From the NCBI GenBank assembly GCA_037133055.1, contig JBAXOY010000001.1, positions 35,660 through 99,659 of the forward strand: a stretch of 64,000 nucleotides of DNA, written 5' to 3'. The DNA comes from Chlamydiota bacterium. Lineage in GTDB: Bacteria > Auribacterota > Tritonobacteria > UBA1439. Positions 26,423 through 35,928 of this stretch are shown one piece after another. Below the pieces are notes generated by a model, which saw only the letters and a list, made by a program, of their open reading frames with translations, did not search any database and was not told the origin of the DNA. Position numbers and translations under genes: made by a program. Each line of letters begins with the position of its first letter. The stretch's first letter is position 1.

Positions 26423-28135
26423 CTATCTTTTCAGCTCCCTCAGCAGCTTCTTCAGCGGATACGTGTTGATCACGTCCCCCGCCTCCGCCCAGCCCCGGCG
26501 TGCGGTGAAGACGCCGTAGCGCATCAGATTGAGGTTCTGCGTCGAGTGCGCGTCGGTCGAAATGACGAGCTTCACCCCGTGCTCCACTGCCAGGCGCACG
26601 TGGATGTCCCGCAGGTCCAGCCGGTCCGGATGGGCGTTCACCTCCATGACGACCCCGTGGTCCTTCGCCGCTTTCACGATCTCCTCCATGTCCACCTCGT
26701 AGCCGGGCCGTTCCAGGATGAGGCGCCCGGTTGGATGACCGAGGATGTGGACGCGCGGGTTGCTGATGCCCTTCACGATGCGCCGCGTCATCTCCCTTTG
26801 GGGGAGGTTGAACCGGGAGTGAACCGCGGCGATGACGACCTCGCACTCCCCGAGGATGCCGTCGTCGAGATCAAGGCTCCCGTCGGGCAGTATGTCCACC
26901 TCGATGCCTTTCAGGATTCGCATCCCGGGCGACTTCTCCCCGGCCTTATCGATCGCCTTCAGGTGTGCTGCGAGCCTCTTCGCGTCGAGCCCGCGGGCCA
27001 CCCTCACCGCCTTCGAGTGGTCCGTGATCGCGATGTAGGCGTAGCCGAGCTCCTTCGCCTTCGCCGCCATGTCGAGGATCGTGCCGCGGCCGTCTGTCGC
27101 CACGGTGTGCATCTGGAGATCGCCCCTGATGTCCGCGAGCTCGATCAGGGCGGGGAGCTCCCCTTTTTCCGCAGCCTCAAGCTCGCCGCGATTTTCGCGG
27201 AGCTCCGGGGGGATGACCGGAAGCCCCACCGCGGCGTAGACCCCCTCCTCGTTCCGGCCGGCGATCGCCCGCGCGCCCTTGAAGACCCCGTACTCGCTGA
27301 GCTTCAGGCCTCGCGCGCCCGCGCGACCGCGGAGGGCGACGTTGTAGTCCTTTGAGCCGGTGAAATACTGGAGCGCGGCCCCGTAGCTCCCCTCATCGAG
27401 CACGCGCACATCCACGCTCAGCCCGCACGAGAGCCGCGCGCTCGATTTCGTCGGCCCCTTCGCGGTCATCTCCTCGATCCCGTCGTAGCGGGCAAACCGG
27501 TCCATGATATCCGACCCGGCCCCGCAGATGACGAGGATGTCGATGTCCCCGACGGTCTCCTTCCGCCTTCGCACGCTCCCGGCGGCCTCGATGGCCGCCA
27601 CCCCCCTCGCCTTCCGGAGATGGCGCATGAGGGACTCCGCGTACTCGAGCCCCGCCGAGAGTTTGAACCTTCCCTGCCCCGCTCGGTAGCGGGCGATCGC
27701 CTTCAGGAGGTTGTCCCCGCTCTTGTCACCCATCCCGGGGAGATCCCTGATCGTACCCTCCCGCGCCGCCTTCTCGAGCTTGTCCACCGTGTCGATATGG
27801 AGCGTATCGTAAAAGAGCTTCACCTTCTTCGGCCCGAGCCCCTCGATCTTCAAGAGCCCGGGAAGCCCGCGCGGGAGCTTCTCCCGGAGTTCGGCGAGAA
27901 AGGAGAGTCGCCCGGTGGACACGAGTTCTTTGACCTTTTCCGCCAGGGCGGCCCCGATGCCGGGGAGCACGGTGATGTCCCCTCCCTCGCGCACCACGGT
28001 CGCGATGCTCTCAGACATGTCCCCGATCACCCGCGCCGCGTTCCGGTAAGAGCGGATACGAAACGGGTTTTCGCCGAGGATGTCGAGAATGTCGGCGATC
28101 TCGTTGAAGACATCTGCAATGGCGGTGTTTTCCAT
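26423..28135 (-). CDS. polX: DNA polymerase/3'-5' exonuclease PolX (PolX + PHP)
   Basis: ENPFRIRSY, AGSVRRRKETVGDIDIL, YFTGSK, IPPELRE, GDLQMHT, ITDHS, HPTGR and STDAH motifs. Confidence 0.95.
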   Translation of the reverse strand: MENTAIADVFNEIADILDILGENPFRIRSYRNAARVIGDMSESIATVVREGGDITVLPGIGAALAEKVKELVSTGRLSFLAELREKLPRGLPGLLKIEGLGPKKVKLFYDTLHIDTVDKLEKAAREGTIRDLPGMGDKSGDNLLKAIARYRAGQGRFKLSAGLEYAESLMRHLRKARGVAAIEAAGSVRRRKETVGDIDILVICGAGSDIMDRFARYDGIEEMTAKGPTKSSARLSCGLSVDVRVLDEGSYGAALQYFTGSKDYNVALRGRAGARGLKLSEYGVFKGARAIAGRNEEGVYAAVGLPVIPPELRENRGELEAAEKGELPALIELADIRGDLQMHTVATDGRGTILDMAAKAKELGYAYIAITDHSKAVRVARGLDAKRLAAHLKAIDKAGEKSPGMRILKGIEVDILPDGSLDLDDGILGECEVVIAAVHSRFNLPQREMTRRIVKGISNPRVHILGHPTGRLILERPGYEVDMEEIVKAAKDHGVVMEVNAHPDRLDLRDIHVRLAVEHGVKLVISTDAHSTQNLNLMRYGVFTARRGWAEAGDVINTYPLKKLLRELKR

Positions 28136-28342
28136 GGGCCGCTTCTCCTTCGCGTCGCCCCGTCCCCGATACGATACCATCTTCGGCGGAGCGAGGCGAG
28201 GCGATTGCCGGGAGGGGGTCGCGCCGCAGGGCGCGCCATAGCCCTTGCGCTCACGGTCCCGGGTATGCCATACTTACGTCTTCGACGCCGGGGGCTTTCG
28301 GAAGTGTCGCCCGCGGCGCACAACCGCCACAGGGGGTTCGCC

Positions 28343-29272
28343 ATGCCGCTCGTCACCACAAAAGAGCTTTTCCGGAAGGCCCTCGCGGGCCGCTACGCCA
28401 TCGGGGCATTCAACGTCAACAACATGGAGATCATTCAGGGAATCGTCGAGGGCGGCATGGCGGAGCGCGCCCCGCTCATCCTGCAGTTCTCCGCCGGCGC
28501 CCGAAAATACGCCCGGCACGAGTATCTCAAGAAGCTCGTCGAGGCCGCCGTCGAGACCTGCGACCTCCCGATCGTCCTGCACCTCGACCACGGCGAGGAT
28601 TTCGAGATATGCAAGGCCTGCGTGGACGGGGGGTTCACCTCGGTGATGATCGACGGCTCGAAGCATTCGTTCGACGGGAACATCGCGCTCACCCGGAAGG
28701 TCGTCGAGTACGCCCACCCGCGCGGCGTAACGGTCGAGGCAGAGCTCGGAAAGCTCGCGGGGGTCGAGGACAACGTCTCCGTGAGCGAAAAGGACGCCAT
28801 TTTCACGAACCCCGACCAGGCGCACGAGTTCGTCGAGCGGAGCAAATGCGACTCGCTCGCGGTGGCGATCGGGACCAGCCACGGCGCCTACAAGTTCAAG
28901 GGCGAGCCGAAGCTCGACTTCGAGCGACTCGAGGAGATCCAGGAGCGCCTTCCGGGCTTCCCGCTCGTTCTGCACGGCGCCTCGAGCGTCCCACAGGACC
29001 TGGTGGACTTTTGCAACCGGTACGGCGGAAAGATCATGGGGTCGCGCGGCGTCCCCGAGGAGATGATCAGCCGCGCCGCGAAGATGAACGTGTGCAAGGT
29101 CAACATCGACACGGACATCCGCCTCGCCATCACCGGGACGATCCGCAAGTGTTTCGCGGAGGACCCCGGGAACTTCGATCCCCGCCACTACCTCGGCCCG
29201 GCCAGGGACGCCATCAGGGACGTCGTGCGGCGGAAGATCAAGGCCCTCGGCTGCGACGGAAAGGCGGCCTGA
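28343..29272 (+). CDS. fba: Class II fructose-1,6-bisphosphate aldolase
   Basis: GAFNVNNME, LHLDHG, GFTSVMIDGS, EAELG, AIGTSHGAYK, LVLHGASS and KVNIDTD motifs. Confidence 0.96.
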   Translation: MPLVTTKELFRKALAGRYAIGAFNVNNMEIIQGIVEGGMAERAPLILQFSAGARKYARHEYLKKLVEAAVETCDLPIVLHLDHGEDFEICKACVDGGFTSVMIDGSKHSFDGNIALTRKVVEYAHPRGVTVEAELGKLAGVEDNVSVSEKDAIFTNPDQAHEFVERSKCDSLAVAIGTSHGAYKFKGEPKLDFERLEEIQERLPGFPLVLHGASSVPQDLVDFCNRYGGKIMGSRGVPEEMISRAAKMNVCKVNIDTDIRLAITGTIRKCFAEDPGNFDPRHYLGPARDAIRDVVRRKIKALGCDGKAA

Positions 29273-29354
29273 GCGCCTCCCGCCCCCGACGGTGACGCGG
29301 CGCGCCCCGGGGGGGGCAATGTGCAACCGCCTGTTGCCGCAGAGGAGTGAGCCC

Positions 29355-29750
29355 ATGCCGATCCAAACCCTTTGGGACCCCCACCTGTGGTTCGCGGCGT
29401 CGCTGATCCTCCTTGCCGCGGCCGTCCTCCTGCATGCCCGCCAGGTGCGCCGCCGCCTCGACCGGCTCAACTTCGAAGAGATGACCCGCCGTGTCGACGA
29501 GCTCGCGAAAGAGTCCGAGGAGCGCGGGCGCGATCTTGAGGTTTGCCGGCGCGACTGCGCCGAGCTGAAGATGCGCCTCACGGCTGCCGAGAGCGAGCTC
29601 GTGCAGGTGAAGGAGGAGAGCGCCCGCTTCCTCGGCATTTTCAAGACGGTCCTCTACGGATTCGACTACATTGTCCAGGGGTGCAAGAGCGCCCTTGAGA
29701 TAGGTCCGGGGGAGAAGCAGCCCGGGGAGAAGCGCATCGCCGCCGACTGA
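29355..29750 (+). CDS. Hypothetical membrane-anchored coiled-coil protein
   Basis: N-terminal TM followed by a heptad-rich segment; GAGGAG RBS. Confidence 0.65.
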   Translation: MPIQTLWDPHLWFAASLILLAAAVLLHARQVRRRLDRLNFEEMTRRVDELAKESEERGRDLEVCRRDCAELKMRLTAAESELVQVKEESARFLGIFKTVLYGFDYIVQGCKSALEIGPGEKQPGEKRIAAD

Positions 29751-29781
29751 CCTGCGCCGCTGGGAGGGGAGTCCCGCGCAC

Positions 29782-31029
29782 GTGAACCGCTATATCGCCT
29801 ACCACATCGTCGGCATCTTCGTCCTCCTCTGCTTCTCCTTCTTCTTCTCCTGCACCGAAACCACCCTCTTCTCCCTCTCCCCGTTCCAGGTGAAAAAGCT
29901 CTCGCGCGGCAGGCGGGGCACCCTCATCTCCTGGCTCCTCGCCAACCCCCGCTGGCTCCTGACCTCGATACTCATCGGCAACATGTTCGTGAACATTTTC
30001 TCCTCGACGCTCGGGGAATCCCTCCTCCGGACCGCCTTCGGCGATGAGGGGACCGTGCTGGCGATTTTCATCATGACCCTCGCCATCCTGGTCATGGGAG
30101 AAGTCACTCCGAAGACAATCGCCATCCAGTGCAACACCCGCCTTGCGCCCGTGGTCGCCCCGGGCATCAAGCTCATCGGATCCCTGCTCTACCCGGTCCG
30201 CCAGGCGGTCCTCCGCATCTCGGACCGGCTCATCGGCCTCGTCACCCCCGTCGTCGCGGCTGAGCATGCGGTCACCGAGGACGAGATAAAGACCGCGATC
30301 AGGATCGGCTCCCGGGAGGGGGTCGTGGACACGCGCGAGAAGGCGATGATCCAGGGGGTCTTCGATTTCGCAACCCGCCGGGTCACGACGCTCATGCGCC
30401 CCAGGAAGGAGATCACCGCCTTCGAGGTCGACCGGCCCCTTCCGGAAATCGAGGAGGCGATCCGCCGGAACGGCTACTCCCGCATCCCCGTCTACGAGAA
30501 GAATCTCGACAACATCATCGGCATACTCTACGCGAAGGACCTCCTGGGCCCGCGCGGGCGGGCGCCGGGCGCCGAGCTCAGGGGACTCCTCAGGCCCGCG
30601 TACTTCGTCCCGGAGACAAAGTACGCCCCATCCCTGCTCAGGGAGTTCAGGCGCAGGAAGATTCACCTCGCGGTGGTCGTGGACGAGTACGGGGGTGTCG
30701 CCGGCATCGTCACGCTCGAGGACCTGATCGAGCAGATCATCGGGGAGATGCGCGACAAGGGCGAGCCGGCGGCGCCGCTCTTCCAGCAGCTCGGGAAGAA
30801 CAGCTTCAAGGTCAGGGCCCGGATGAAGATCGCCGAGTTCAACGGGATCTTCGGCACCGACCTCAAGGACGAGGGGAACACCACCATCGGCGGCTTCCTC
30901 ACCGCCCGCGCCGGCAGGATACCCCCCGAGGGGGCCCGCATGCGGCACGGCGGCCTCCTCTTCACCGTGTCGGCGGCCCAGAAAAACAGGATCCGCGAGG
31001 TCCTCGTGAGCCGGGAGGCGCCCCGATGA
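29782..31029 (+). CDS. CNNM/hemolysin-family (DUF21-CBS-CorC) Mg/Co transport protein
   Basis: SFFFSCTETTLFSL, GEVTPK, YSRIPVY and VVDEYGGVAGIVTLEDLIEQIIGE motifs. Confidence 0.93.
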   Translation: MNRYIAYHIVGIFVLLCFSFFFSCTETTLFSLSPFQVKKLSRGRRGTLISWLLANPRWLLTSILIGNMFVNIFSSTLGESLLRTAFGDEGTVLAIFIMTLAILVMGEVTPKTIAIQCNTRLAPVVAPGIKLIGSLLYPVRQAVLRISDRLIGLVTPVVAAEHAVTEDEIKTAIRIGSREGVVDTREKAMIQGVFDFATRRVTTLMRPRKEITAFEVDRPLPEIEEAIRRNGYSRIPVYEKNLDNIIGILYAKDLLGPRGRAPGAELRGLLRPAYFVPETKYAPSLLREFRRRKIHLAVVVDEYGGVAGIVTLEDLIEQIIGEMRDKGEPAAPLFQQLGKNSFKVRARMKIAEFNGIFGTDLKDEGNTTIGGFLTARAGRIPPEGARMRHGGLLFTVSAAQKNRIREVLVSREAPR

Positions 31030-32270
31030 TCCTCGCCGGGGTCGCGGTCATCCTGATCTGCCTGCTTTTCCAGGCGTTCTTCGCCGGGTCGGAGATGGCG
31101 GTCATCTCCTGCAACCGCCTTAAGATCCGCCACAGGGCGGAGCTCGGGGAGCGGAGGGCGCGGATCATCCAGCGGTTCCTCGACGAGCCGCGGAACCTGC
31201 TCGCCACCACCCTTGTCGGCTACAACGTCTCCGTGGTCATCGGCTCCTGCATCCTCAACAACATGGTCTCCCATTTTGCGCCGAAGAACACCGAGAACTT
31301 TTTCTCCCTCGCCGTCTACTGGCCCTTCGTTTTGATCGTGGGACAGATCATCCCCATGGCCTACGGGCGGCAGCACGCCAACACGTTCTGCTTCACCTGC
31401 GCGCGCCCGCTCCGCGCCGCCTACTTCGCCCTTTTCCCCCTCGTCTTCACGGCCTCCCTCCTGGGGAGGGGCATCACCAGGATATTCACCCGGGGGCGGT
31501 CGAAGAAGAACCCGTTCGTGACCAAGGAGGAGATCGAGCTCCTCGTCAAGGAGAGCCACGAATCGGGCGCCCTCCGGAGAGAGGAGAAGGAGATGATCGG
31601 GGAGATCTTCCGCTTCGGCGAGACCACGGTCCGGGAGGCGATGGTCCCGCTCATCGACGTGACGGCCGCGCCGGAGTCGGCGACCGTCGGGGAGCTCCTC
31701 CGCCTTGTCGCCGAGATCGGCCACTCGCGCATCCCCATCTACCGCGAGCGGATAGACCGGATCATCGGGATCATCAACGCCACCGACCTCGCCGGGGTCC
31801 CGGAGGAGACGAGGGCCGGGGAGCTCATCCGCCCCCCCCGCATCATCCCCGAGTCCGCCTCGCTCGAGACCGTGCTCGCCGATCTCCAGGGCGCGGGGAG
31901 GCACATCGCGGTCGTCATGAACGAGTACGGCGGCGCCTCGGGCATTCTCACCATGGAGGACATCGTCGAGGAGATCGTGGGCGAGATCGACGACGAATAT
32001 GACACCGAGTCGGCCGCCGAGTGGCGCAGGGGCGGGGACTCGATCGTCGTGGACGGGCGGATGCGCGTCGAAAAGTTCAACACAATCTTCGACCAGCGCC
32101 TGCCCCGCGGCGTGGCCGAGACGATGGCGGGGTTCGCGACGGACCTTTTCGGGAGGATCCCCGCACCCGCGGACGAGATCGGTTACGAGCACTTAAAATT
32201 CCGCGTCATCGAGGCGGACGACCGCCGGGTGCGGGCGATCGAGGTTCGGGGGATACGGGAGTCGCATTAG
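31026..32270 (+). CDS. CNNM/hemolysin-family (DUF21-CBS-CorC) protein, second paralog
   Basis: AFFAGSEMA, HSRIPIY and NEYGGASGILTMEDIVEEIVGEIDDEYD motifs; ATGA coupling. Confidence 0.93.
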   Translation: MILAGVAVILICLLFQAFFAGSEMAVISCNRLKIRHRAELGERRARIIQRFLDEPRNLLATTLVGYNVSVVIGSCILNNMVSHFAPKNTENFFSLAVYWPFVLIVGQIIPMAYGRQHANTFCFTCARPLRAAYFALFPLVFTASLLGRGITRIFTRGRSKKNPFVTKEEIELLVKESHESGALRREEKEMIGEIFRFGETTVREAMVPLIDVTAAPESATVGELLRLVAEIGHSRIPIYRERIDRIIGIINATDLAGVPEETRAGELIRPPRIIPESASLETVLADLQGAGRHIAVVMNEYGGASGILTMEDIVEEIVGEIDDEYDTESAAEWRRGGDSIVVDGRMRVEKFNTIFDQRLPRGVAETMAGFATDLFGRIPAPADEIGYEHLKFRVIEADDRRVRAIEVRGIRESH

Positions 32271-32546
32271 GAGCCTGTCCGAGTAATGGGCTCTGTCGCG
32301 CCGCCTGCCGGTTGCGAGCGGATCAAGGCGCGAGGCCGAAGGCGTACTCAGCGCCGTACGCTGAGGCCGGAGCAACGCCGAGCCGCGACGCAACCGGCGG
32401 CGGCCCGAAGGGTTTCGGCGGCGGGCAGCCGTCTGCGGCGTTACGGCTTCCTCGACGATGGGCAGGACATCGCCTTCGTCGCCGCGCCTTGCATCCGGCC
32501 CCCCGGCGCTCGAAATGCGTCGAGATCCATTACTCGGACAGACTCC
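32270..32546. mobile_element. MITE-like non-autonomous element (long copy), flanked by TA
   Basis: TIRs GGAGCCTGTCCGAGTAATGG / CCATTACTCGGACAGACTCC (1 mismatch in 20); TA on both sides; internal hairpins; no ORF. Confidence 0.8.
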
Positions 32547-34167
32547 TAGCCCCGAGGCGCCCCTCGCGCGCGAGCCGCGCGAGATCCCCCGGCGCGATGT
32601 CATAGACAAGGTAGGCATGCGCCACGTGCCCCACCGGCTCGAAATTCTCCCTCAGCCACCGGTAGCGCTCGGGGAGAAACACCCCCGTGAGCAGGTTCAC
32701 CCCGACGACCACCCTCCCCTCCGAGGGCTTCTCGGGATTCACGATCACGCCGGGGTGATCCTTGACGTACCGCCTCAGGTACCAGCCGCCCTGCCCCCAG
32801 TCGATGTTCGAATCCGCCAGTATTCTGTAGCAGCGGGTGCGATCGGGGACGAGTTCGTTGAAATACGGGAGGAAGTGGGGATACCACGAGAGGACCGATG
32901 CCCCAAGCCAGACGAGCGCGCAGGCGAGCGCAGTCCGGCGCAAAGCGCCGAACTCGTCCCACCCCTTGAGGAGGCTGCCGCAGAAGATGATGAGCGGCGG
33001 GAAGGCGAAAAGAAAATAGCGTATCCCTACCTGGGTCTTGAAGAAGAATCCGAACCAGACGAGGGCGGCGGCGGGCGGGACAAGGAGGAATGCCTCGGCG
33101 CCGGGGAAGTCGAACCGCTCCCGGCGGCACAGGTACGCGGCAAGCGCCGCCCACAGGCACGCCTGGACGGCGAGCGGGACCTTGTACAGGAACGCGAAAA
33201 GGTAGTAGCCGGTGAACCCGACGCCCCGCGGGTGCAGCCTGCCGAAGAGATACGGGTTCCCCGAGACCCCGCCCATTTCCTCGTAGTGCTTCGACCAATC
33301 AAGGCCCTCGAGGTAGGGATACGGCAGCGGGAGCGGCAGCCGGTTGAGGATCCCGGCCCTCGATTGGATCGCATGGGAGAGGGCGCTCTTGAACTCATAC
33401 GCCCCGAACGGCGTGCCGCTCCCCTCGAAGAGGAACCCGGCGTTGACGACGGCCGCGCTCACCGCCGCAAAAAAGAACGCCCATCCGGTAAAAACAGCCG
33501 CGCGGGAGGCGAGCCCGCGGAAATCCCTCTTCGCGATAAGGGCGAAGAGTGCCCGCGCGTGCCGCACGGCGAGGATGACTAGAAACACCGGGTAGAGGAG
33601 TATCGCGGCGTGCTTGGTGAGCTGGGCGAGCCCGAGCGTGAGCGCGCTCGCCGCCCCGCTCACCCGCCCCGGCCTCTTCTCGAACCGCCAGAAATAATAC
33701 AGCGCGACCGTCATCGCGCAGGCCGCATACAGGTCGGTGGTGACGAGCTGTCCGTGCGCGATGAAGTTCGGCTCGAACGCGTACAGGGCGAGGGAGAAGA
33801 GGCCGGCGGCCGGCCCGTACAGCTCCCGCGCCCACCGGTAGACGAAGACCCCGAGGAGCAGGGCGGCGAGCACCGTGACGTATCTCCCCGTCTTCCGATC
33901 GCGAAGGAACCGCCGCGCCGCGCCTCCGCCGATCAGCGGGGCGAGCATATCCCCGGTCGCGCGGGGGACGGCATTGAGGGCCGAAACGGGCATTGTCGAG
34001 TCCGTGAACCGTTTCGCGGTGTGGTCCTTGAGTATCTGGAGTCCATACCGGTAATGGTACGGCTCGTCGTAGGTGAGAGTGAGATGCCGGGCACTCAGGA
34101 CCGAGAGGATCAGCAGCGCGCCCAGGATGGCCGCCGCGGCGGCACGGGAGGATCGGAGGGGCATCAT
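32530..34167 (-). CDS. ArnT/PMT-like GT-C membrane glycosyltransferase
   Basis: LTYDEPYH, LVTTDL, LTKHAA, QVGIRY, PYFNEL and ADSNIDWGQ motifs; multi-TM. Confidence 0.85.
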   Translation of the reverse strand: MMPLRSSRAAAAAILGALLILSVLSARHLTLTYDEPYHYRYGLQILKDHTAKRFTDSTMPVSALNAVPRATGDMLAPLIGGGAARRFLRDRKTGRYVTVLAALLLGVFVYRWARELYGPAAGLFSLALYAFEPNFIAHGQLVTTDLYAACAMTVALYYFWRFEKRPGRVSGAASALTLGLAQLTKHAAILLYPVFLVILAVRHARALFALIAKRDFRGLASRAAVFTGWAFFFAAVSAAVVNAGFLFEGSGTPFGAYEFKSALSHAIQSRAGILNRLPLPLPYPYLEGLDWSKHYEEMGGVSGNPYLFGRLHPRGVGFTGYYLFAFLYKVPLAVQACLWAALAAYLCRRERFDFPGAEAFLLVPPAAALVWFGFFFKTQVGIRYFLFAFPPLIIFCGSLLKGWDEFGALRRTALACALVWLGASVLSWYPHFLPYFNELVPDRTRCYRILADSNIDWGQGGWYLRRYVKDHPGVIVNPEKPSEGRVVVGVNLLTGVFLPERYRWLRENFEPVGHVAHAYLVYDIAPGDLARLAREGRLGARSLSE

Positions 34168-34265
34168 CTCACCCCTGGTGACGGCGGGATATTCGCCGTG
34201 TACTATTCGTCCGTTGACTCAGCCGGCCGCGTCGTGGATAATAGTCCGTGCACAGAGAGGTGACC

Positions 34266-34454
34266 ATGGAAATCTTCATCAAGCTTCTCATCGGGTTCGC
34301 GATCTTCTTCACCGGCACCGTGCTGAACGTGTCCATCATGAGGAAGACCGGCGGCAAGGCCACCGGCTTCATGCCGATTTTCTCCTTCCTCATCATCTGC
34401 GCCGGCCTGGCCGCCCTCGTCTGGCTTGCCAGCACCATCAAGGTCGCCGTCTGA
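34266..34454 (+). CDS. Small 2-TM membrane protein
   Basis: GAGAGG RBS, two hydrophobic helices, strong GC3 bias. Confidence 0.7.
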   Translation: MEIFIKLLIGFAIFFTGTVLNVSIMRKTGGKATGFMPIFSFLIICAGLAALVWLASTIKVAV

Positions 34455-34463
34455 ACCGCGCGC

Positions 34464-35768
34464 TCACCGCGCTTCCGCCGCCCGCGCCTGGATCCCCTTC
34501 AGGCGCTCCTTGAGTTCCCTGTCGTAGGCGCCCCAGTCACTGATCGGGGCCTGCGCGACCCCGCTCTCCATCGCGGCCCGCGCCACGCGCGGCGCCACCC
34601 ACAGGAGCACCCGCGGGTCAAACGGCTTGGGAATGATGTAGTCGCGCCCGAAGGTGAAATCCTTTCCCCCGTACGCCGCCCGCACCTCGTCGATGAGTTC
34701 CTCCCGCGCGAGCGCCGCGAGCCCCTCCGTGGCGGCGTGCTTCATCGCCTCGTTGATGTGCGTCGACCGGACGTCGAGCGCCCCGCGGAAGATGAACGGG
34801 AAGCCGAGCACGTTGTTGACCTGGTTCGGGTAATCCGAACGGCCGGTGGCGACGATGACGTCGGGCCGCGCGGCCTTCGCCTCCTCGTAGGTGATCTCCG
34901 GGTCGGGATTCGCCATGGCGAAGACGATCGGATCACGGTTCATCGACCGCACCATCTCGGGGGTGACCAGGTTCTTGGAGGAGAGCCCCACGAAGAGATC
35001 GGCCCCCTTCAGCGCGTCCGCGAGCGTCCGGGCCTGCGTGCGGGCCGCGAACTTCTCCTTGTACGGGTTCATCCCCTTCGTGCGCCCCTCGCAGATGACG
35101 CCGCCGCTGTCGCACAGGAGAAGATTCTCCCTCCTCACCCCGAGGCTCAGGTAATAGTTCGCGCACGCGATGCCGGCGGCGCCCGCGCCGCTGAACACCA
35201 CCCGGCACGAACCGATCTTCCTCCCCGTGATCTCGAGGGCGTTCAGGAGCGCCGCGCCCGATATGATCGCGGTCCCGTGCTGGTCGTCGTGGAAGACCGG
35301 GATCTTCATGTCGCGCTCGCAGACCTCCTCGATCGGGAAGCACTCGGGGGCCTTGATATCCTCGAGGTTGATGCCCCCGAACGTCGGCTCGAGGAGTTTC
35401 ACGAGCATGATGATCTCGTCCACGCTCTTCGAGTTCACCTCGAGGTCGAAGGCGTCGATGTCGGCGAACCGCTTGAAGAGGACCGCCTTCCCCTCCATCA
35501 CCGGCTTGCCGGCCAGCGCGCCGATGTCGCCGAGGCCGAGGACCGCGGTCCCGTTCGAAATCACCGCGACGAGGTTTCCCTTCGCGGTGAGGCGGAACGC
35601 CTCCTCAGGATTCGAGGCGATTGCGAGGCACGGCACCGCCACGCCGGGCGTGTAGGCAAGCGACAGGTCCTTCTGCGTCCGGCACGGCTTGGACGGGACG
35701 ACCTCGATTTTGCCGCGCCGCCCGCGGCTGTGGTAGTCGAGCGCTTCCCTCTCTTTTTCGGTGACCAT
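34464..35768 (-). CDS. NAD(P)-dependent malic enzyme (MaeB-like, no PTA domain)
   Basis: [51 protein letters not shown] and [18 protein letters not shown] motifs. Confidence 0.95.
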   Translation of the reverse strand: MVTEKEREALDYHSRGRRGKIEVVPSKPCRTQKDLSLAYTPGVAVPCLAIASNPEEAFRLTAKGNLVAVISNGTAVLGLGDIGALAGKPVMEGKAVLFKRFADIDAFDLEVNSKSVDEIIMLVKLLEPTFGGINLEDIKAPECFPIEEVCERDMKIPVFHDDQHGTAIISGAALLNALEITGRKIGSCRVVFSGAGAAGIACANYYLSLGVRRENLLLCDSGGVICEGRTKGMNPYKEKFAARTQARTLADALKGADLFVGLSSKNLVTPEMVRSMNRDPIVFAMANPDPEITYEEAKAARPDVIVATGRSDYPNQVNNVLGFPFIFRGALDVRSTHINEAMKHAATEGLAALAREELIDEVRAAYGGKDFTFGRDYIIPKPFDPRVLLWVAPRVARAAMESGVAQAPISDWGAYDRELKERLKGIQARAAEAR

Positions 35769-35928
35769 GGTGTCCTCCTCCGTGGGGTCGGGCCGTTGCG
35801 CGGTGCATTCGCCGGTCCCTGAGGCGATCCCCCGCGCACGAACCGCCCTTCCGGGCCATTATAACAACCCCACCGGGCGTCACAATCGCTTTCTGTCGTC
35901 CGCCGCATTGGGTATACTCATGCCCACC

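Noticed and set aside
26423..28135. PolX as an inactive variant
   Set aside because: The GDIDIL and DVR catalytic aspartates are intact; only the first PHP His reads Gln.
28343..29272. fba as BMC cargo
   Set aside because: It lies 19 kb from the shell genes, is a normal-length housekeeping aldolase, and has no encapsulation-peptide-like extension.
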